Below, piece by piece: positions 36,056 to 46,900 of a stretch of 64,000 nt of DNA. The position numbers and the translations under genes were made by a program. The stretch lies in the IMG/VR virus record IMGVR_UViG_3300027708_000001, one strand, 5' to 3'. Below the pieces are notes generated by a model. That model was not told the origin of the DNA. It did no database searches and worked only from the letters and a program-made list of their open reading frames with translations. The stretch comes from an uncultured virus (IMG/VR IMGVR_UViG_3300027708_000001) (lineage: Duplodnaviria > Heunggongvirae > Uroviricota > Caudoviricetes). Position 1 is the stretch's first letter. Each line of letters opens with the position of its first letter.

Positions 36056-37575
36056 GTGGGAATAAACTTCTCAGCGTTAATTTGTTTACCTTGCTTCTGG
36101 TTACCCGTCCGTGCCTTACGTACTTTGTCTAGCATTGCGTACAACTGCTTTGCACCCGCATCAGTAGAGCCATTTCCTAAATGCGATACGACATCTGCAG
36201 GTACAACAAACTCACCATCTGCTAGTCGAGCAGGTTGTCTATCCCCAATACTTGCTGGGATGTTGTCGGACATGCCATCACCCGGACCTTTAAGTAAGTG
36301 CCCACCATCAGAGTACCCACCTAACATACCTCCCGCAGCAAACCGAGTACGTCCTGTCGCCGCTGCTTGAGCTTCTGGGGGTATTGTTCCGGGGGTCTGG
36401 TCTTGTAGTAGATTCAACCTAACCATTAGGTCATGCATAGATTGCACATAAGGATTTGATGGGGTATTTGTTGAGTAATTAGGCGTTGGATACGCTGCGT
36501 TAAATGCCGCTGCCGTTTCCGCATCTGTTGGGTATTTATCAGTATTACTACCTTTAGCAACCCCACCTTCAGCCATATTTGCTATAGGCTCTCCGGTTAA
36601 TGGGTTTGTGGCGGGTTCATACCCAGCCATAGCTGATTGTGCACCTGTCGGAGCTTGCGTAGGTGTAGCGTAGAAAGACCGACTTATCTGACTCTGCGGG
36701 TACATATCCGAACCCATAAAATCAAGATTTGCTGGGCCGGAACTCACTACATTAGGGTTAGGGGAAAGAGAAGTAATACCCCCTTCAGCCATAGGACGCA
36801 CAGGCATGAAGTTAGGAGATAAAGTCCGGCCTAATCCATAGGACGCTGCAGTAGCGGGTTGATACCCGGGTAAGTAATGATTACCATGATTACCCATAAC
36901 ATTATAAAGTGTGTACGCACCAAGACCCAAACCCGCAGTTTTAAGTGGGTTATTGCTCATCCAATCTAACGCATTCCCAGCTTTATTGCTAACCCAGTTT
37001 CCTGCATTATCAAGGAACCCATTAGAATTTTGGTTAGTAGGAAAGGGGGATTGTTGTGTGTACTGCTGCCCATATGCGTCCCCTTGAACTGGCACAGGAG
37101 GGGGTAGATTTGACGCATCTACAGGAGCCCCTTGGAACATTGTGTTCATATAAGGGTTATTGGGATTCGATCCTATCGCACCTTGTAGTCGGGAGCTTAA
37201 TGCACCTTGACCCGCATAAGGAGTTCCTATGTTAGCGTTACCGAAAATATCTGTAAAAGCGGGGGTTTCTGAGGGTAGTTGTTGAGCAACTTCCGCAGCG
37301 GCAGTTGGAGCCCCATTTGCAGTAAACATTGAAGGGGTATTGTTCCGCAGTAATTGCTGAATACCGCTAGACCCACCTAGCGCGTTCATAGCTAATGCAC
37401 CGCCCGCACCTACCAAAGGATTCCCCCCAGTTAGTGCAGATATACCTCCACCCAATGCAGCCTTAGCTAGCAGTGCAGTGCCGCCCTCACCCGCAAATAT
37501 TTCAGGTGCAAGTTCAGGCGCGAGTACCGAAGCACCTAATCCTAATAATGTACCTGTTCCACCGCCACCAGACAT
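36052..37575 (-). CDS. Putative internal virion protein
   Basis: Gly/Ala hydrophobic N-terminus; repeated xxGG motifs; C-terminal GPGDGMSDNIPA...LADGEFVVPADVV domain. Confidence 0.65.
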   Translation of the reverse strand: MSGGGGTGTLLGLGASVLAPELAPEIFAGEGGTALLAKAALGGGISALTGGNPLVGAGGALAMNALGGSSGIQQLLRNNTPSMFTANGAPTAAAEVAQQLPSETPAFTDIFGNANIGTPYAGQGALSSRLQGAIGSNPNNPYMNTMFQGAPVDASNLPPPVPVQGDAYGQQYTQQSPFPTNQNSNGFLDNAGNWVSNKAGNALDWMSNNPLKTAGLGLGAYTLYNVMGNHGNHYLPGYQPATAASYGLGRTLSPNFMPVRPMAEGGITSLSPNPNVVSSGPANLDFMGSDMYPQSQISRSFYATPTQAPTGAQSAMAGYEPATNPLTGEPIANMAEGGVAKGSNTDKYPTDAETAAAFNAAYPTPNYSTNTPSNPYVQSMHDLMVRLNLLQDQTPGTIPPEAQAAATGRTRFAAGGMLGGYSDGGHLLKGPGDGMSDNIPASIGDRQPARLADGEFVVPADVVSHLGNGSTDAGAKQLYAMLDKVRKARTGNQKQGKQINAEKFIPT

Positions 37576-37609
37576 AGCAAGCTCCTAAAATTTGTTAGAT
37601 ATTATCATA

Positions 37610-38284
37610 TCAAGACGCTGAAACAAACGTTATTACCCCCAAAGCTGCAGGGGTTTGAGGGTACGCCATAGGCGAAGTTTGTGCCGCTTGGCTTTGTAAT
37701 AACACTCCAGTAGCCCCACCAGATGTTGCTGCTTTATCCGTACCCCACCAAATACCTACCCCACTCCCTGCGGTAAGGTAAACAAGTTGAACTGCATTTA
37801 TTGATAGCTTACCTGAAGCGGGCACTGTGTACTGAGTTGTAGACCCTGCAATATCTATGTTATTAAGCCGTGCCCAAACTATAGCAGTGTGTGCTGTAGT
37901 ATCTGTATTAGCTAACTGCAGAGTGTATGAAAAATTATAGTACCCAGACTGTTGCACAACTACAATGTTATTAGCTAGTGTAAACGCTTTAACAGCGTCA
38001 TTTTTATTCCATGTTACGAGTGTCGGCGTATTCGCCGCAGTTGCGTATTGATTCGTAGTATTCCCCTCGATTTGTGCGTAGGGAAACGAAATACTACTAC
38101 CGCCAATGTTAGTTAATATCGCTTGGGTAAAGTTATCAACCTGAGCGAAGTATAGCCGCAGCGAATTCGCAAACTGATCAAAATAAGTCTGTTGATACAC
38201 AGTTGGTGCAACGGGTAGGTTAGGTGCAGACGATGCCCTAATGGGGGTACTTCGGTTTACTGTGACTGTGTTTAATGTACTCAT
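37610..38284 (-). CDS. Tail-associated structural protein
   Basis: PNLPVAP..Y...LRLYF N-terminus plus beta-rich (C1q/TNF-like) C-terminus; follows nozzle gene. Confidence 0.55.
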   Translation of the reverse strand: MSTLNTVTVNRSTPIRASSAPNLPVAPTVYQQTYFDQFANSLRLYFAQVDNFTQAILTNIGGSSISFPYAQIEGNTTNQYATAANTPTLVTWNKNDAVKAFTLANNIVVVQQSGYYNFSYTLQLANTDTTAHTAIVWARLNNIDIAGSTTQYTVPASGKLSINAVQLVYLTAGSGVGIWWGTDKAATSGGATGVLLQSQAAQTSPMAYPQTPAALGVITFVSAS

Positions 38285-40407
38285 CTACGACCATCTGGGC
38301 GAATATCAATTCTAGGGCTACCTAACTGCCATGCTACTCCGGTTCCAGTAGACTCTATTCGGAACGCCATTTGTCGCCCACGGAGACGAGTATATACCTG
38401 CCCTGTAAATTGCTGAATCGTATATTCGGGCTGATTCATATAATTCTGTGCGCTGACAATTTGCGCTGTGTGCGCAGGTGCATAGGGGGCCCCAGAATTT
38501 TGTCTAGGCACAAGGGTCATAGTAACCGAAGGATTGCTAGATGTAGACCCGTTAAAGTTCACATCCGGTAAAATACGCCATACGAAACCAAAGTTGTGCC
38601 CATCCCCAATATCAAAATCAGAGGATTGCACGTAAGCATCAATCGGTGCAGTAATAAGCGTTGAGTTATCATCACAACCAAACTCGTGGTATAGCAAGCG
38701 ATTATTATAATCCGCAGCGATGGGGTATTGCTGCTGGCCTGTTTGGAACCACGCAGTGCGACCCATTAACCCATAATACCAAACACGGTCTAAGTAGTTA
38801 TAGATCACGTAGTTTGTGACTTTTGTACCATTACTAGACTGACTGACGTAGAACCACCATACTTCGTTAAACGCTTCATTAGCACCTGCAAATACTTGAT
38901 ACGATTGGTCTTGGTTAATATCGTCAAAGATATATTGCCGTAGAGCGCAGGGGAGCACTTCTACCCGACCCGAGTAAGTATAGAATCGGTCTCGCCCCAT
39001 CCAATAGGTTACGTTGTTAACCGTGATCATGGAGTTAGGAGACATGATCGAGATATTGTCCATCAGAATCTGAAAGCCCCATACATAGGGCGTGCCGATG
39101 TACTGCATCGAATACAGTGCAGAATCGGTCCAAATTAGAATTTCTTGGCGGGTTGACCGGGCCCCCATGATGTAAGACCCATTAGTAAGTGTGTATTCAC
39201 CTGACTGATTAACCGCTTGAGGTACCCATTGGTAGGCATTACCTTGGTCTGACCATCGTACAAGCATCGGGTCAAATTCGGTGTTGCTATTGCTAGGTAG
39301 GTATGGGTTAGCACCAAATGCGATAACGAACCGCTGAATCGCAGAAGTAAGAATTTGGTATGTTTGCGTTGGAACAAAACTACCCGCGTAGGAGAAATTA
39401 TAGGTGCCTGAACTTACCCCAGTAGTCGTGCCAATAATAGGTACTGTGGTAGATCCTAATGTGTATGACGGAGATACGTATGCGCCTGTAGGTATGTTTG
39501 TACCGGAGATATACATATAAGGGAAAATATATGGGGCATTAGTTGCTGTAACTGTAATGCTTGTAGCTCCACTACCAAATGTGCATGTATCAGTCAGTAC
39601 GGTGTTTGCGTTTGCTAATGTATTTAACCCCACTGCGGGCGATGTAACTCCAGAGCTATCTGCCCAATAAAAAATGGGTCCCCCCCGTGGGGCAATAAGA
39701 AGGTCCGCACCATAGTTATCATTCGACCATAAACGCAATTGCTGCCCGATACCGATATCTGCAGGGGTTCCCCATCCGTTTCTACTCCAAGGACCCGCAC
39801 CCCATCCGTTATTAATCGCGTATACATCAACCCCACTAGGATAGCAATATGCTGCTGTGGGTGTACCACCATGGCCTGTATCACTTGCGTTAGCCGTAGC
39901 TGTAGCATTAAACGTATAGGTAGACGCGGCTGAGTTAGCAGAAGTAATTTGGTAGCTTTGATTAAGCACCGCGGCGGTAATATTACCGCCCAAACTTACG
40001 GCGTTGGAAAAAGTAACGTAGTCACCTACGTTGGGGCTATATCCTGTGTCATGCACAGTAATTACGCACGAACCCGCAGTTGCGGTGAACGGTATAGATG
40101 TTAGCGTAGTCGTCTTTTGTATAGGAGTGATATCGTAGTAACTACCCCCAGAGAAGATGTAGTACTTAACACTCGTGCCTACACCATAATAGATCGAGCC
40201 TACCCCACCGTCATTATCAGCCCAAACCCAAAGAGAACGAGCTACCCCTAAGAACTGCTTATTAGAGATTTGCGTCCACCCACCGATCTTTTCAGGGAAT
40301 CCTGAACGGAAACGAACATTGTTGCCGTCATACCAACCCCCTTCGTTAGAATAGTCAGTACCTTCTCGGTTAAGTCCCGGGCGAAACTGGAGCTTCTGTA
40401 ATGGCAC
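38281..40407 (-). CDS. Tail nozzle / DNA stabilisation protein (P22 gp10-like)
   Basis: 708 aa; PG.NRE...W.DG..VRFR.G.PEKIGGW, VRWSDQ, EVWWFY, RLRGRQ...PDGRR. Confidence 0.7.
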   Translation of the reverse strand: MPLQKLQFRPGLNREGTDYSNEGGWYDGNNVRFRSGFPEKIGGWTQISNKQFLGVARSLWVWADNDGGVGSIYYGVGTSVKYYIFSGGSYYDITPIQKTTTLTSIPFTATAGSCVITVHDTGYSPNVGDYVTFSNAVSLGGNITAAVLNQSYQITSANSAASTYTFNATATANASDTGHGGTPTAAYCYPSGVDVYAINNGWGAGPWSRNGWGTPADIGIGQQLRLWSNDNYGADLLIAPRGGPIFYWADSSGVTSPAVGLNTLANANTVLTDTCTFGSGATSITVTATNAPYIFPYMYISGTNIPTGAYVSPSYTLGSTTVPIIGTTTGVSSGTYNFSYAGSFVPTQTYQILTSAIQRFVIAFGANPYLPSNSNTEFDPMLVRWSDQGNAYQWVPQAVNQSGEYTLTNGSYIMGARSTRQEILIWTDSALYSMQYIGTPYVWGFQILMDNISIMSPNSMITVNNVTYWMGRDRFYTYSGRVEVLPCALRQYIFDDINQDQSYQVFAGANEAFNEVWWFYVSQSSNGTKVTNYVIYNYLDRVWYYGLMGRTAWFQTGQQQYPIAADYNNRLLYHEFGCDDNSTLITAPIDAYVQSSDFDIGDGHNFGFVWRILPDVNFNGSTSSNPSVTMTLVPRQNSGAPYAPAHTAQIVSAQNYMNQPEYTIQQFTGQVYTRLRGRQMAFRIESTGTGVAWQLGSPRIDIRPDGRR

Positions 40408-40421
40408 GGGGTAGCCCTCCG

Positions 40422-40865
40422 TTACGCGGAATAAACTCGCGTACCTGCTTTATCTATAATGAGCGCTTGTCCACGCGGCTGTTCACCTTCTCGGTTCGGC
40501 ACACTAACATGAGTCCACGAATTAAACTCACGGATCACTTGGTCGAATGGCAAACCAGAACCGATTATAGCCTGTGTAACTTGATCTGGGGTCATACCCG
40601 GCACACGAATATCCGCTGCACATCCTAAGCGGTGTTGGCTCGTATCTTTAGAACCCACTGCATCGTTCACTTGTTTAGAGCGATACGCGCTATTAATCAT
40701 GATTGGCTTGCCATCTAGCAAGGTTTTAACCCGCTCTAGGAACTCAGCTAGGCGGGTCAAGTTAACAACCGTTGCTTCATCGGGGGTGTTATCCCAACCC
40801 TGACGCACTGCTACATCAGAGTGGCTAAGTTCTTCTAAAGAGAAGTGCGGGGATAACTGCGTCAT
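40422..40865 (-). CDS. Endolysin, peptidase M15A family
   Basis: LSPHFSLEE, INSAYRS..VN..VG, SQH..G.AAD, WTHVS. Confidence 0.9.
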   Translation of the reverse strand: MTQLSPHFSLEELSHSDVAVRQGWDNTPDEATVVNLTRLAEFLERVKTLLDGKPIMINSAYRSKQVNDAVGSKDTSQHRLGCAADIRVPGMTPDQVTQAIIGSGLPFDQVIREFNSWTHVSVPNREGEQPRGQALIIDKAGTRVYSA

Positions 40866-41374
40866 TCTTTGGCCTCATTAAGCTTAGCGTGAATAGCAGC
40901 GTCTTTAGCTTGTGATCCAGCAGAGGAACCGAAGTAGAACGCAATCACACCTGTCCATGCAGTGCCTAACGAACCTAGCATGATGTCAATCTCAGGGTTT
41001 TGTCTAGTTAAGTCAAGCATCAGTCCTACCAGTATTCCGAAGAAACCCAGAGTGATAGCGATTGCGAGAAAAGGAGGAACCCAGCTTTTCACAGTCTTCT
41101 GCATGTCACGAGCGCTAGCAGCGTCTGCGTATGCCAACTTAGAAAAGTCTAGGTTCATTTCCTGTGCTTTTGCTTTAATTGCGATTTCAGCTTGCTGTAA
41201 TGCAGCGACTTGTTCGCCTGTTAGCTTACCTGCCTCAACGGTCTTCTTCACGTCATCCGCGGACATACCAAGGGCCGACTCTAATGCACCAACAGCCATA
41301 CCTGCTACAGGGCTACCAAGGGCTGATGCAACAGTAGGCGCTAGCTTCTCTAATGTATCTAACCAATCACTCAT
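40862..41374 (-). CDS. Probable holin
   Basis: APTVASALG.P N-terminus, SARDMQ, two TM segments, FYFGSS. Confidence 0.75.
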   Translation of the reverse strand: MSDWLDTLEKLAPTVASALGSPVAGMAVGALESALGMSADDVKKTVEAGKLTGEQVAALQQAEIAIKAKAQEMNLDFSKLAYADAASARDMQKTVKSWVPPFLAIAITLGFFGILVGLMLDLTRQNPEIDIMLGSLGTAWTGVIAFYFGSSAGSQAKDAAIHAKLNEAKE

Positions 41375-41522
41375 CTTTCTTTCTCCAATCGTTGATTAAC
41401 TGTTCCTTCAGCGCTTTGACTTCATCTCGGCGTTCCCATATTACTATCAGCAAAATTAAAACGCCTACTCCAAGAATGTCTAGCGCAATTAGCATCCAAT
41501 CTAACTCGGTTTCGCAATTCAT
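41367..41522 (-). CDS. Small single-TM protein in lysis cassette (51 aa, not in ORF track)
   Basis: MNCETELDWMLIALDILGVGVLILLIVIWERR...; overlaps both neighbours. Confidence 0.5.
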   Translation of the reverse strand: MNCETELDWMLIALDILGVGVLILLIVIWERRDEVKALKEQLINDWRKKDE

Positions 41523-41773
41523 TTCTTCTCTGCCTTGTCAGCTTTGTGGTCGATTCGATCAAAGATGCGAGCCAACGCTTTGCGATTCAAGTCTTTGATT
41601 TCGCCTATTACTTCCTTGAAATCATCTTTACGAACGTAACGCTCGTTAAGCTGTTCCTTCATTTCTTTATTCTCTTGCTTTAGCTCTTTGATCGCTTCCC
41701 AGATTGCTTTGACAATCCAAGCACCGAGAGAAGTAACCATAGTAAACGCTGCGTTGACTAGATTCTGATCCAT
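41519..41773 (-). CDS. Small membrane/coiled-coil lysis-cassette protein
   Basis: N-terminal hydrophobic helix, YVRKDDF, IFDRIDHKADK. Confidence 0.6.
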   Translation of the reverse strand: MDQNLVNAAFTMVTSLGAWIVKAIWEAIKELKQENKEMKEQLNERYVRKDDFKEVIGEIKDLNRKALARIFDRIDHKADKAEKK

Positions 41774-41827
41774 TTTAGGGCCCTTATTTCAGTATAATTG
41801 AAGTGTTAAAGTGGGAAAGAATCATTT

Positions 41828-42556
41828 TTATGATGTCCATGAGACTATTACAGCACCATTTCCACCATCCCCGGCCGAGGCGATATAATATTGCATACCC
41901 CCAATCCCACCTGATCCATATCCTGTTCCATTGTTACCACCAGCTAGTTGCGGACCAGAATAATTGGCAGAACCATTACTTTGCCCAGCCGATCCGCTAG
42001 GCGTTCCACCAGCCCCACCAGAACCCCCATTACCCCCACCACCCCCACCACCCGTTGCAGTATAGCTAGCTCCGGGGCCACTAATTGAAGAACTACCCCC
42101 ACTAGCCCCTGTGGTGCTTCCTGAAGACCCTGCCGTGAACCGAAGTGTCCCATTATCATAGTTGTACCCGTGAGCGCCACCTGAACCCACTGTAATTGTA
42201 TATGTCTGCCCCGGAACAACAGCAAATGTTCTGTTAGAGTAATACCCCCCAGACCCACCACCTGCCCCTGCATGGCTATCCCCAGAACTAAATTGACCGC
42301 CACCGCCACCGCCACCGCCACCAATTACAGATACAGTTATAGAATATATCCCTGCGGGGACAACTACTGAATATGTACCCGGCGTAGTGTATGCTACAGT
42401 CGTTCCTGTGGTCGGATATACTTGTGTCCACGTGCCACTCTGATTGACATAGACTCTTTTAACCGATACCCATGAGCCATTTTGATTAGCAAAGATTTGT
42501 TTGGCCTGTGTAAACGTACCACTATTATTTACGTAAATCTTTTGATTAGTGCCCAT
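41828..42556 (-). CDS. Glycine-rich fibre-tip adhesin
   Basis: YVN.SG.W repeats, then GGGGGGG/GGGSGG, TITVG.GG, G.GG.GAV. Confidence 0.7.
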   Translation of the reverse strand: MGTNQKIYVNNSGTFTQAKQIFANQNGSWVSVKRVYVNQSGTWTQVYPTTGTTVAYTTPGTYSVVVPAGIYSITVSVIGGGGGGGGGQFSSGDSHAGAGGGSGGYYSNRTFAVVPGQTYTITVGSGGAHGYNYDNGTLRFTAGSSGSTTGASGGSSSISGPGASYTATGGGGGGGNGGSGGAGGTPSGSAGQSNGSANYSGPQLAGGNNGTGYGSGGIGGMQYYIASAGDGGNGAVIVSWTS

Positions 42557-42558
42557 GC

Positions 42559-43950
42559 TTACACCTGATACCAAATATCGCCGTTAGAACCCCCAGAAGG
42601 AGTACTAGTTGATACTGTACGATTACCATACGCATTAGATGATGCGCTACATGAAGTCGCAAGATTTGCGGCGGTAAGAATTTGGCTTGCGGCCCCGCCG
42701 TTTTGGACTAATGCCCCTGCATAAGTAATTTGGCACCATGTTCCCGCAGAGCTACCTATTTGCGCAATACCACCATTAAGAGTTATGTTTCCGCTACTAA
42801 CAATAGTACCGGAGTTGATGCTACCTACAGTGATATTAGGGTTGTTATATAACCCCGCGGCGCTACCTGCGATATTGATCGAATATGTGCCGCCATTGTT
42901 ATAGCATAGGCTAGGTATACCCGTGATATTTCCCCAACCAACGGAACTAACTGACCCAGCGGAACCAGTGATATTAATAGAGTAAGTACCGCTGTTGTTA
43001 TATACCCCGTTCGATACAGTCGCTGCGTTACCACTAATACTAATTCCGTAGGTGCCACCGTTGTTGTATACCCCGTTTGATACAGTCGCTGCGTTACCAG
43101 AAATATTAATCCCCCAAGTACCTGAAGCTCCTGTACCCGTTAATGAAGGGAAAAAAGAACTGTAGTCGCTTGCTTGTGGGATAACTGCTCCGGCTCTACC
43201 ATTAAATGATACAACCCCTGCGGAGAGCGCTGATACAACGCTGTAGACAAAACCCGTAGTAGCAATCTGGGTGTTATTTGTAGCGGAGGGGGCAGTGGGA
43301 GCAGTGGGGGCTCCGGTAAATGCCGGGGAGTTTATTGGGGAAAAGTTACTAGTTACGAATCCAGTAGTAGCAAGCTGAGTAGTGTTTGTTCCAAATGTCG
43401 CAGTGGGCGCAGTGGGGGTCCCAGTAAATACTGGAGAGTTAGATAAGACATTAGCGCCTGTACCTGTACTCGTAGTTGTACCCGTACCACCTTGAGATGG
43501 AGGGAGTGTCCCTTGCGTAAACAAACTAATATTGTTGGTCTGTAGATAAAAGTTTGTTCCATCAGAGAATAACGCTGCGGTACTATTTGCTGGGATTGCG
43601 ATACCTGTTCCTGCTGCTGTAGTTCCATTCGCTATAGTGGCATTATAAATAGTTGCAACATAGTTGCTGTTGTTAAATATAGTGTATAACTTTGGGCTTG
43701 GTGGGGCGTACACACTAAAATTAGACCCGACAGTAGTAGTCAGGATAAGTGATGCCATACGCGCTTGATCAACCGCACCGTTAAGAACTGTAAGTGCTTG
43801 GTTTGGAGTAACAACAGATACTGCGACTGACCCTGCAACAGCTTGTTCAAATAAATTGAAGTTCGTATTAGTGGTCGTGCCCCAAGTATTGGATTGATCC
43901 CCAGTACCAATTAGCTGAATTTGTAAATACGGTGAGTAAGTACTTGCCAT
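42559..43950 (-). CDS. Tail fibre protein
   Basis: MASTYS..L.L.GTG.Q..TWG..TN.N anchor, SP.FTG.PTAPT and ISGNAAT repeats, ends GDIWYQV. Confidence 0.8.
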   Translation of the reverse strand: MASTYSPYLQIQLIGTGDQSNTWGTTTNTNFNLFEQAVAGSVAVSVVTPNQALTVLNGAVDQARMASLILTTTVGSNFSVYAPPSPKLYTIFNNSNYVATIYNATIANGTTAAGTGIAIPANSTAALFSDGTNFYLQTNNISLFTQGTLPPSQGGTGTTTSTGTGANVLSNSPVFTGTPTAPTATFGTNTTQLATTGFVTSNFSPINSPAFTGAPTAPTAPSATNNTQIATTGFVYSVVSALSAGVVSFNGRAGAVIPQASDYSSFFPSLTGTGASGTWGINISGNAATVSNGVYNNGGTYGISISGNAATVSNGVYNNSGTYSINITGSAGSVSSVGWGNITGIPSLCYNNGGTYSINIAGSAAGLYNNPNITVGSINSGTIVSSGNITLNGGIAQIGSSAGTWCQITYAGALVQNGGAASQILTAANLATSCSASSNAYGNRTVSTSTPSGGSNGDIWYQV

Positions 43951-43958
43951 GATTACCC

Positions 43959-46900
43959 CTAGCAGGTTTGATCGTTGTTAATAATACTCCAACTTGCAGC
44001 ACTAGTGTTGTCTACAGTTGTCCATGTTTGAGTCTGTGAGGGGTCAATTGCGCCCCATGTTGCGGTCTGATCATCATTGATTTTAACCCAACCAAATACG
44101 CATCCATTATCTCCGGCGGTGAGTCCTTCGCTAATACTAGTAGCCAGCACAGATATTGTAGCTATTACATTTGATACTGAAGTACTTTCAGTTATATCAA
44201 ACGCTATTAGTGAGAACTGAGTACCAACTTCTTTAGCAGTGAAATTCTCTACTATGCTGATAGCGTATACATACGCAACTGAAGATATATCAGCCGAAGC
44301 TGAAGACTCTATAATAGATTGTACGAACTGCGCTAAGAGTACTTCAATATCCGCTACAGAAATACCTTCTGTGATAGAGATGTTAAACCGTGCTTGAGCC
44401 GCTGCTACATCTGCGTATCCTACATCTTCAATGGGGTTAGCAGTAAACTGTGAGTTAGTTACGCTTAAGTCCCCAGATATAATTCCTTCGATATCACTTA
44501 CTGCAAACTGAGAACTAATAGAAATTACATCGGCAGCGGATATACCTTCAACGTCAGTAAGGAAGAAACCCACCCCAATTGTTGCCAAGTCTACAAGGTT
44601 AATATCTTCAGTCTGGCTATTAAAGAAATGGGAAATCTGGGTACTTAAGTCTGCTTGAGATATACCTTCGGATACCCCCATGAAGAATATATCTTGCTCA
44701 CTATCATAGTTAGTGATCGCAACAGACTCGTACTGAATTTCTAGGAAGTCTGACTGCTGAGTGCTTGAATCAGTAGGCTGAGAATCTTCAGCAATACTTG
44801 CCGCAAACTGGGCGGCGATACTTTCCGTTTCACTAACCCCAACATCTTCGGTGTCACTAACAGCAAACTGAGCTTTTATACCTTCTACATCTGCAACAGC
44901 GGAATCTTCGTTTAAGCTTTCTAGGAACGCACTCTGTTGAGCACTCGAATCAGTACTAGTAATACCTTCCGTATCGCTAACAGCAAACTGCGCGAGGATT
45001 GTTTCAGTTTCAGCCAGTGCAGTAGATTCCGTCCGGCTTTCTAGGAATGCACTTTGTTGAGTGCTTGAATCATCAGAATAGGCAGCTTCAGTAATAGCGG
45101 AAGCAAACTGGGCAGAGATGAGATCAACGTCAGTGGGGTTAGTATTTTCAGTCTGTGCTGCGCTGAATTGCGCGGAAATCGTTTCTGTTTCAGTCAGTGC
45201 AGTAGATTCAGTTTGGCTCTCTAGGAATGCACTCTGCTGAGTGCTTAGATCATCACTAGTAATACCTTCAGTATCGCTTACTGCGAATGCTGCACCGATA
45301 ACTTCTGCGTCTGCTAGCTGCGAATACTCCACGACCGTGGATGTAAACTGCGCGTTAATAGTTTCTAGATCAGCACTGGTTATACCTTCAGTATCAGTAA
45401 GCGGGAAGTTAGCGCTGATACTCTCTGCTTCATCAACGGATATACCCTCGGTATCGCTAACAGCAAACTGCGCGTTAATAGTTTCTAGATCAGCACTAGT
45501 AATACCTTCAGTATCACTTACTGCAAACGCTGCACTAATAGTTTCTAGATCAGCACTGGTTATACCTTCAGTATCAGTAAGCGGGAAGTTAGCAGTGATA
45601 CTCTCTGTTTCACTAACAGATAGGCCTTCCGTATCACTAGCAGCAAACTGCGCGTTAATAGTTTCTAGGTCAGCACTAGTAATACCTTCCGTATCACTTA
45701 CTGTAAACTGCGCAAGTATCGTCTCTGTTTCGGCAACTGCCGTGGGTTCAGTCTGGCTTTCTAGGAATGTACTTTGCTGGGTGCTTAAATCATTACTTGC
45801 GATACCTTCAGTATCACTTACAGAGAACTGTGTAAGGGTGGACTCTATATCAGAAGCCCCGATACCCTCAACCATACCCTCAAAGAATGCGTCTAGCTCA
45901 CTATCAAAGTTACTAGAAGTAACCCCCTCAGCCAGTGTTTGTAGGAATGTACTTTGCTGAGTGTTTAGATCATTACTTGTGATACCTTCAATATCAGTGA
46001 GTACAAACTGAGTACCAATAAGTGATGAGTCTGCGCTATTAAGATTTTCTGTGTCTGTAAGAGCGAAATTAGCATTAGCTATTTCTGTGTCTGCTAAAGC
46101 AGTGGATTCCGTTTGGCTCTCTAAGAACGCACTCTGTTGGGCGCTTGTGTCTAAAAGCCCAGAGTCTTCTGCAACTGTAGCCGCAAACTGCGCTGCGATA
46201 GTTTCGCTATCCGCACTAACAATACCTTCAGTATCACTAGCAGCAAACTGTGCTGTAATCGTACTAGGCTCACCCGGTACATAAATAATCGCCCCATCTT
46301 CCCCACCAGCGAATACAGGTGCACCGTAGTAATATACTGAATAGGCAGCGTTAGTTGGGTCTACGACTATAGGTACTAGATAAGTAGTGCTGAACCCTTC
46401 AGTTATGCTGTATGCGGTAGATAATCCCCCCGCTATTACTTCTGAGACTAGGGCAGCTTCAGTATGTGTTAGTGAGTACTGTGTAACGGTGGTGGTACTA
46501 TCCGCAGGGGCTAGGTCTTCAACTGGGGTAAATACATATACAATACTGCCCGTAGCAATGAGGTCTAGAACATTTACCGCTTCCGCAATAGCCGCTGCAA
46601 ACTGAGCGGTGGAAGTAGTTACATCCGTAACCTGTGAATCTTCAGTAATCGTTACTGGGTATTGCGCATTAATGCTTATAGCATCTGCAGCGGAAGCACT
46701 CTCGGTCTGGCTCTCTAAGAAACTACTTTGTTGTGTGCTCTGATCTGTAGCAGTAGTAGTTTCTGTTATTGTGTTAAGCAGTGCACTTGTATTACTTGGT
46801 GTATCAGCTATTGCACTGATACCTTCGATTATTCCCTCAAAGAATACGTCCTGCTCACTATCATAGTTAGCAACCCCAGTATCTTCAGTCCGACTTTCTA